In this document: positions 56,379-64,000 of the stretch, piece after piece | Position numbering within the stretch: the stretch's first letter is position 1 | How the letters are laid out: each line of letters starts with the position of its first letter | DNA from: a virus | Lineage: Duplodnaviria > Caudoviricetes | DNA: 64,000 nucleotides | IMG/VR virus record: IMGVR_UViG_3300031760_000002 | Location: 1-64,000 of that record | Direction: 5' to 3' (one strand) | Made by a program: the position numbers and the translations under genes | Notes under the pieces: generated by a model | The model's database searches: none | The model's input: only the letters and a program-made list of their open reading frames with translations | Told to the model about the DNA's origin: nothing

Positions 56379-58705
56379 GATACATCGGGATAATACCGGC
56401 GGACAGCCTTCCGTCGTCGTCGATCGGAATGAGGGCCATGGAGTTCCAGCGTATCGGGTTCCACAGGACGATAGCGTACACGACGTCGCGGTCTACGCTG
56501 GTACGGCAATACCGCGGCGTTGAAATAGCCAAATCGATCGAAGAGCTATGCAAAATGGTCGCGGACGAGCCGGACGACACGATCGTGTACGTGAACGGCC
56601 ATTGCAAGATGGGCTCTGACATGATAAAGGTGTTCGGGGTCCCGGAGGACAACGAAGTCCGGTGCATAGCCGGCAAGCTGTTCTGCAAAAACACCACTTT
56701 GGGGGACAGCAGCCTGGTCAAGATCCTGGAATACGACCGCAGGAGGAACGTGCCGAGGTACATGAAAGGTGACACCGGTGACATAAGGGTCGATTCCGTC
56801 GATCTCAAGGGCCCCATCTCCATGAAGATAGGCTGCTTCAGGAAAATGCTGTCGCACGGGAAGGACTGGACGAAGACCATAAGCGAACTACAGGATGTGA
56901 TCGACGTGTCCGGGGTGACCATGATATGCATGGACCCGATGAATCACGGCGTAAGATGGCATCCGGGCTTGATACCCGGAAGCAAAAACCCAGTCAACGT
57001 CATAATGCGGGGCAGCTTCAACGAGATCAGCGCAAAAACGCGCGCGTTGCCGCAGAGAATCCCGATCGACCGCGACGAAAAGGGCGTTCCGGCCCTTCCG
57101 GTCCTTCCTGTGGTGTTCCTGACGCATAACAGGACGCGCGTAGCGTGCTATTGCCTCGATGCGCTGTGCAAAAAGCTAAAATACGATGGAAAGATCCACT
57201 ACGTAATCTGCGACGACAGGTCTGAGCCGGGCCACGTCGATTCGCTGGAAAGCGTCCTTCGCGAAAACGGCGTACTGGAATACTCCATCGAACATACGAC
57301 GACCGCGAGGTGGGGGATCGGCGCATCGATGAACAACGGTCTGTCAAGGTCGTTTTCCATGTCGTGCCTCGCGCTGACCACCGAGGACGACTTCCTTCTC
57401 AAAAAGGAGTTCGACATTACCGGAATGGTCAGGACGGCCATGTCCGACGAAGTCGCCGGCATACGCCTTGCCAGCGTATACACGAACAAAGACAGAACGG
57501 GCACGACCCCCACGTCGGTTTCGAACTTCGGATACAGGAACGGCGTCGAGTTCCTGCGGGTTACCGGCGGTACGCGTCCCAACCTGGGGAGCCATTATAC
57601 GTTCAACAACCAGGTCATGCTGCGCAACAGGCGGGTATACGACCTGGTCGGGCTGTACGACGAGAACGTGAGGCCGGAGACAGCCGAAACCAAAATGTGC
57701 AGAAAGTATTCCTTGAAATGCGAAGACGGACGAAAGAGCGGGTACGCGATCCTGTATCCGAACGACCTCCCGCTGAATACGCTCAATAACGGGCTGTTCG
57801 TACATATAGGAAAATCGACGCTGGGGCATAGATGCGACACCGTAAGCGGGTATGAGTGGCTTAACGAGGAACCGGCTCCAAAAGCGTACGTAGCTTCGGC
57901 GCCGAACGGCGGCCAGCTCTGCTTCCACGTCGTGACGCCGTTCTACAACTGTTCTGAAAAACTGGCAAGATGCCTTGGTTCCGTGGCCTCCCAGAAATTT
58001 CCGATGTCGTCCGTGCGAATGACCGTCGTAGACGACGCGTCGGACATCGACGAGTCCAAAAAGGCGGAAGCGCTGTGCTCCAGGTACGACTTCGTCGAAT
58101 TCATAAGGAACGACGTCAGGACGATGGCAGGCGGCGCAAGGAATACGGCCCTGCGATGCGGTCGCGGCAAAAACTGCCTGTATACGGTATTCCTGGACGC
58201 GGACGACGTCCTAATGGACGAATCTTCGTTCAAAAGGCTCTGGTCCGCCATCGAGGTGAACGGCATGCCGGACGTAGTGCTGTGCGGGTTCGTATTCAAC
58301 AAGACCGGCAAGAAACGCATGTTCACTGCGTCCAGCCCATCCGAAATGGCGAAGGAGATGGCAATTGCGCCGTGGATAAGAGTTACGAAGACGGACAAAG
58401 TGGCTGAATTCGTCGAGAACAGGAGGGTGGCCAACGACGTGGTGCAGTTCCTGCGCCAGATCGATGCCGTAGATACCGTCGCAAGCATGGATTCGACGTT
58501 CATACGGTACATGGACGACAACGACCTCAGCGGGTGGAACGGAACGGCCAGGAAGTCCAACGACGCCACCTTCGCGCTGTGCATGGTGGCGCCTGACATC
58601 CTTTCGGAAAACTTCACAAAGCCATACGTCAGGGAGCGCGCGCAAAAATTGATGGTAAACCACGCAAAGCTGGCGCTGGCCAGGCTGGAACGAGTCAATC
58701 TGTAG
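56375..58705 (+). CDS. multi-domain GT2-like glycosyltransferase
   Basis: Domain 1: LTHNR, CDDRS, EDD; domain 2: VTPFYN, VDDAS, ARN, FLDADD. Confidence 0.85.
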   Translation: MRYIGIIPADSLPSSSIGMRAMEFQRIGFHRTIAYTTSRSTLVRQYRGVEIAKSIEELCKMVADEPDDTIVYVNGHCKMGSDMIKVFGVPEDNEVRCIAGKLFCKNTTLGDSSLVKILEYDRRRNVPRYMKGDTGDIRVDSVDLKGPISMKIGCFRKMLSHGKDWTKTISELQDVIDVSGVTMICMDPMNHGVRWHPGLIPGSKNPVNVIMRGSFNEISAKTRALPQRIPIDRDEKGVPALPVLPVVFLTHNRTRVACYCLDALCKKLKYDGKIHYVICDDRSEPGHVDSLESVLRENGVLEYSIEHTTTARWGIGASMNNGLSRSFSMSCLALTTEDDFLLKKEFDITGMVRTAMSDEVAGIRLASVYTNKDRTGTTPTSVSNFGYRNGVEFLRVTGGTRPNLGSHYTFNNQVMLRNRRVYDLVGLYDENVRPETAETKMCRKYSLKCEDGRKSGYAILYPNDLPLNTLNNGLFVHIGKSTLGHRCDTVSGYEWLNEEPAPKAYVASAPNGGQLCFHVVTPFYNCSEKLARCLGSVASQKFPMSSVRMTVVDDASDIDESKKAEALCSRYDFVEFIRNDVRTMAGGARNTALRCGRGKNCLYTVFLDADDVLMDESSFKRLWSAIEVNGMPDVVLCGFVFNKTGKKRMFTASSPSEMAKEMAIAPWIRVTKTDKVAEFVENRRVANDVVQFLRQIDAVDTVASMDSTFIRYMDDNDLSGWNGTARKSNDATFALCMVAPDILSENFTKPYVRERAQKLMVNHAKLALARLERVNL

Positions 58706-58726
58706 CAACATACTTACGTAAGCAAA

Positions 58727-59557
58727 ATGAACAAAGAACTGATAGAACAGGCCATAAGGTACACGTCCCGGTACGTCAAAGGCGATTTTGTCAACAAACC
58801 AGTGACGATACAGCAAAAGCTGGCGCACAAGAAAATCTTCGGGGTCACGGACCTGGTCGTGCAGTGCGCCGACAAACTTGGCGTGAAGGAGTACGCCAAG
58901 GACTCTCTCGGGTTCGACCCGTGCCCCAGGACGCTGGAAGTGTACGATTCGCCGGAAGACGTCAGATTGGACCGCCTGCCCGAAAAATTCGTCTTGAAAT
59001 GCAACCACGGGTGCGGCTACAACATCGTGCAGAGCGGATCCGTCCGGCTGGACGAGGCGGCCGTCAGATCGAAGCTTGAAAGATGGCTGTCGACAAACTA
59101 CGCCACGGTCGGATACGAGCTCCAATACGACCTCATACCGAGAAGATGCTACGCCGAGGAGTACGTCGGCGACCTGTCGGGCGTGAAAGACTACAAGGTA
59201 TCGTGCTTCAACGGCACTCCGGTGTTCTGCCAGGTGATATCGGGAAGAGGCACGGACCGGCAGTGCATGAACTACTACGACCGAAAGTTCAACTACCTGA
59301 ACCTGTGCAGGATGGATTTTCCGAACAACCCGTCGGTCATAAACGAAAAGCCGTCGTCGTTCGACCGCATGCTGGAGTACTCCGAAATACTGTCGAGCCC
59401 GTTCGACTATGTACGGTGCGACTTTTACGAAAAAGAAGGAAAGCTGTACCTCGGGGAGCTGACCTTTACGCCCGGAAACGCCAGGATGAGATACAAGGGG
59501 GATCCCGAGACAAGCTATCTTCTGGGCGCAATGCTGCATATACCGGAAAACGAATGA
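58727..59557 (+). CDS. TupA-like ATP-grasp protein
   Basis: ADK..VKEY, LPEKFVLKCNHGCG, DYKV.CFNG, YVRCDFY, GELTFTP. Confidence 0.88.
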   Translation: MNKELIEQAIRYTSRYVKGDFVNKPVTIQQKLAHKKIFGVTDLVVQCADKLGVKEYAKDSLGFDPCPRTLEVYDSPEDVRLDRLPEKFVLKCNHGCGYNIVQSGSVRLDEAAVRSKLERWLSTNYATVGYELQYDLIPRRCYAEEYVGDLSGVKDYKVSCFNGTPVFCQVISGRGTDRQCMNYYDRKFNYLNLCRMDFPNNPSVINEKPSSFDRMLEYSEILSSPFDYVRCDFYEKEGKLYLGELTFTPGNARMRYKGDPETSYLLGAMLHIPENE

Positions 59558-60324
59558 AAACCCTTCCCGTCTGCATATTCACGCACAACCGGACGGCGTG
59601 CGCCCTGGCCACCGTCGAAGGGCTGTTGACGAATCTCAAGTGTACCGGACGCAAGATCAAGTACATCGTGTGCGACGACCGGTCCGAACCGGGTCACGTC
59701 AATGCGATCGTCGCCAGGTTCAAGATGTCCGGCATAGAGCCTTCCGTGCATCTGAACAACGACGGAAGGATAGGGCTGGGCGCATCGATGAACAAAGGGC
59801 TGGAAGACGCGTTCCAGAGCTCGTACGAATGCCTCAGGCTCGAGGACGACTGGCTCCTGAAGAGGCCGCTGGACCTCGGCAAATGGGCGGACTGCATGGA
59901 TCGGCTGTCGATAGGGTCCATACGCCTGGGGATGATGTTCAGGAAACCGCACGAGCTGGTTCCGTTCAAGAACGGGCTTCTAAGGATGAAACCCGACGCG
60001 AACAGGACGTACAGCTTCAACAACCAAGTCGCGCTGGTGTCGGACCAGATCTACCAGCTTACCGGAAGGTATGTCGAAAACCGCCATCCGCAGGCCACCG
60101 AAAGGGACATGGCCATCAAGTTCAACAAAGCGACCCACAACGGGATGCTGTCACCGTACGTGTGCTGGCCCGCGGGATGGGAGACGATGTCGCACTACGG
60201 AAGCAACATGGCGTTCGACCACATAGGCGTAAGCACGCTCGGGCACAAATACGCGGTGCCCGAGAAGTACGCCAGGATCAACGACCCGGAGTTCGACAGG
60301 AGCATCCGGGAGAAATTCGCCTGA
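59554..60324 (+). CDS. GT2-like glycosyltransferase
   Basis: Start MKTLPV; THNRT, CDDRSEPGHV, LEDDW; paralog of domain 1 of 56375-58705. Confidence 0.8.
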   Translation: MKTLPVCIFTHNRTACALATVEGLLTNLKCTGRKIKYIVCDDRSEPGHVNAIVARFKMSGIEPSVHLNNDGRIGLGASMNKGLEDAFQSSYECLRLEDDWLLKRPLDLGKWADCMDRLSIGSIRLGMMFRKPHELVPFKNGLLRMKPDANRTYSFNNQVALVSDQIYQLTGRYVENRHPQATERDMAIKFNKATHNGMLSPYVCWPAGWETMSHYGSNMAFDHIGVSTLGHKYAVPEKYARINDPEFDRSIREKFA

Positions 60325-60330
60325 TAGGTA

Positions 60331-60370
60331 AAAAATGAATTTCGCAGGCGCCCGAAGGCGCCCGCGAAAT
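60331..60370. terminator. terminator between convergent genes
   Basis: ATTTCGC.GGCGCC-CGAA-GGCGCC.GCGAAAT; UUCG loop and T-run on minus. Confidence 0.7.
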
Positions 60371-60375
60371 CCGGG

Positions 60376-60624
60376 TCATGCCTCGACACCCAGAAGGATG
60401 TTGAGCATGACTCCAGTCGGGATGTTCGGCTTCATCCGCGACTGCCTGACGACGTAGACGGAGCCGGATTCCGTCCACATCTTTAAAAAGTCGTCTTTCC
60501 GGCGAACCTTGACGACGGGCGTGGAATGCCCGTCGTGATGTTCCGTGGGGCTGGGGCCGAACCCATAGAACATCAGGTTGCGGTGGGCGTTGAGCGCCCA
60601 CCAGAAGAGAGTGCGGTCTTTCAT
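60376..60624 (-). CDS. small hypothetical protein
   Basis: 82 aa; ATG 5 nt after TATAAT; TESGSVY motif. Confidence 0.6.
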   Translation of the reverse strand: MKDRTLFWWALNAHRNLMFYGFGPSPTEHHDGHSTPVVKVRRKDDFLKMWTESGSVYVVRQSRMKPNIPTGVMLNILLGVEA

Positions 60625-60630
60625 ATATTA

Positions 60631-60657
60631 TTATAACCAGGACAGGACGGAAATTAA
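60631..60657 (-). promoter_or_regulatory. phage promoter motif
   Basis: TTAA-N15-GGTTATAA. Confidence 0.65.
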
Positions 60658-60658
60658 A

Positions 60659-61096
60659 CTAGCTGTTCTTCCTGTACGGGATGTTGTGCAGCGGCGACGT
60701 AGGCTCGTACTCCACGTCGAAATGCCCCTTGAGCTCGGTCTCCGTAACGTTGTCCAGGAAGTCCGTAGCCACCAGCGAGAACGCGTATACGCCGCGCCTC
60801 AGCTCGGAGGACACCTCCTTCGGGATCCTGATGTGGACGAGCCCTTCGACGTTCTCGTCCGGAACGATGCCGCTGTACCACGTACCCGTCCAGAACGGCT
60901 CCTTGATGAACCTGTTCTCCGTGAGGACGAACTCGAGCTTCACGGTGTCAGGCGTGGCCGGTAGGCCGGTAGAAGGGTTCCACACGTCCGCGTCGACAAC
61001 CCAGCTGTCGCCGTTGATCACCTTGATCACAGGCATCCTGTCCTGCTTCAACGACGGATTGACCCCGACGGGTCCGTTTGGCTTCACGTACGGCAT
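60659..61096 (-). CDS. putative virion protein (beta-rich)
   Basis: Start MPYVKP; GD.W...G.Y...G.F.V pattern reminiscent of baseplate/BppU-like domains. Confidence 0.5.
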   Translation of the reverse strand: MPYVKPNGPVGVNPSLKQDRMPVIKVINGDSWVVDADVWNPSTGLPATPDTVKLEFVLTENRFIKEPFWTGTWYSGIVPDENVEGLVHIRIPKEVSSELRRGVYAFSLVATDFLDNVTETELKGHFDVEYEPTSPLHNIPYRKNS

Positions 61097-61098
61097 TT

Positions 61099-62082
61099 TT
61101 ACCACCACTTCAGAGATTTCAGCAGCCGTCCGGCCCACGAGACGACCTTCGGCTTCCCAGGCCTCCCAATCGCGTTCTCCGTGTCCCTGGTGAACACGGG
61201 AATGCCCCATCCGGTGAAATCGTCCCTTCCCTCCGGACCGATATCGTAGGAAATGCTCTTCAGATGCACCCTTACGTCCTCCGGCGTGAGCTTGACCCCC
61301 CTGGACTTGTACTCCGATATGATCAGGGCGCATATGCCGGAGATGACAGGGGCCGAGAAAGACGTTCCCGACATCGAGGCGTACCCGTTGTTTTTGTACG
61401 CCATCATCACCTCCACCCCTCCGGCCGAGAACTCGACCTCGGGCCCGTACGACGAGAACTCAGCCTTCCTGAGCCTCCTGTCGACGGCGGCGACGGCTAT
61501 TACCTGCGGAAGGGCGGCGGGCCAGTTCACCCTTCCGTTGTCGTTTCCGGCCGCTGCCACCAAGGTCGCTCCCTTGCCGTAGGCGTACTCGCACGCGCTT
61601 TGCAGGCCCGGATCGCAACCATACACGGCCGGGGTTCCGAACGACATGTTTATGACGTCTGCCCCGACTTCATCGACCGCCCATCTGATCCCTTCGGCTA
61701 TGGCCTTGAGCGATCCGGCCCCGGACTCGTTCAGGACGGCGCCGTAGTAGTCGTCCGCCTCCGGCGCTATGCCTACGATCCCCATTCCGCTGGCCCCCAT
61801 TCCGGCTATCAGGGAACCGGCCCCCGTGCCGTGCCCGTTAAGGTCCTCCAGGTATCCCGGAATGAACGATTTCGCCCCGGTAACTGACAAGTCCCTGTGC
61901 TTCGGCATGCCCGTGTCAAGAACGACGACCCTGACCCCCTTGCCCTTGGTGTGCTTCCACATCTCCGGCACGTTCGTGAGCTCGTGGTTGTAGTCCCGCA
62001 CCTGGCCCAGGATCGAAACGGTATATTCCGGAACCGTGTCCGGAATCATCGGTATCAGCTCGTCGTCCTTGAATCCGCACAT
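61099..62082 (-). CDS. subtilisin-like S8 serine protease
   Basis: VVVLDTG, NGHGT, AAAGND, GTSFSAP catalytic motifs. Confidence 0.93.
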   Translation of the reverse strand: MCGFKDDELIPMIPDTVPEYTVSILGQVRDYNHELTNVPEMWKHTKGKGVRVVVLDTGMPKHRDLSVTGAKSFIPGYLEDLNGHGTGAGSLIAGMGASGMGIVGIAPEADDYYGAVLNESGAGSLKAIAEGIRWAVDEVGADVINMSFGTPAVYGCDPGLQSACEYAYGKGATLVAAAGNDNGRVNWPAALPQVIAVAAVDRRLRKAEFSSYGPEVEFSAGGVEVMMAYKNNGYASMSGTSFSAPVISGICALIISEYKSRGVKLTPEDVRVHLKSISYDIGPEGRDDFTGWGIPVFTRDTENAIGRPGKPKVVSWAGRLLKSLKWW

Positions 62083-62083
62083 G

Positions 62084-62397
62084 CTACACTTCCTTCATGA
62101 CGACCTTGCCGGACGATTTGTCGACGGCCCTCACAAGGAGTCTCGGAACCCCGTAATAGGCCTTGAGCTTACGGAGCGAAGCATCCGGAAGGCTGTTCAT
62201 GATCGACAGGAAGTCGGAAGACAGAGACGCCGCTATACGACGCTTCTTGCAAGGCTTGCACCCGGGCCCAAGGTCCGTATGCATGGACTCCATCTTCCTC
62301 TTGATGGCGGAAAACTCCGGCATCATGGTGAAAAAGTTGCTGTCGGCTATCGCCTTGGTTATATGGGACGACGACAGGATCGTCGGTTTCTCGTTGT

Positions 62398-62401
<4 letters not shown>
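62084..62401 (-). CDS. hypothetical protein with CxxC
   Basis: 105 aa, GCKPCKKR. Confidence 0.6.

Positions 62402-64000
<1,599 letters not shown>

Overview
This looks like a 64-kb segment of a large (jumbo-type) dsDNA bacteriophage, GC-rich by eye and mostly minus-strand. The host is probably a diderm anaerobe (inference from an LpxR homologue and an NrdD-like glycyl-radical domain). 1-16 kb is a dense run of small hypothetical genes. 16-34 kb is a replication/recombination module: SbcD, RecA, SSB-like protein, UDG-fused family A DNA polymerase, primase, DnaB, SF2 helicase and SbcC. 34.8-36.6 kb is a plus-strand terminase large subunit. The most notable locus is 36.6-41.4 kb: a 590-aa TnpB/Cas12-like RuvC protein with an apparently intact D-E-D triad and no adjacent transposase or cas1/cas2. 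It is associated with three arrays (21 clear units) of 20-23-nt hairpin repeats separated by unique ~21-29-nt spacers. The repeats keep their flanks and secondary structure (minus strand CAA-TCCNNN-G..-NNNGGA-AG) while stems vary with compensatory changes, suggesting a non-canonical, structure-defined CRISPR-like guide system. Next come a ~1.1-kb ORF-poor, hairpin-dense candidate ncRNA, accessory genes (LpxR, MYG1-like, HD) behind a recurring promoter motif, KxA-rich putative virion genes, a glycosyltransferase/ATP-grasp cluster, an S8 protease and a collagen-like fibre gene running off the window. All family assignments come from motif recognition, not database searches.
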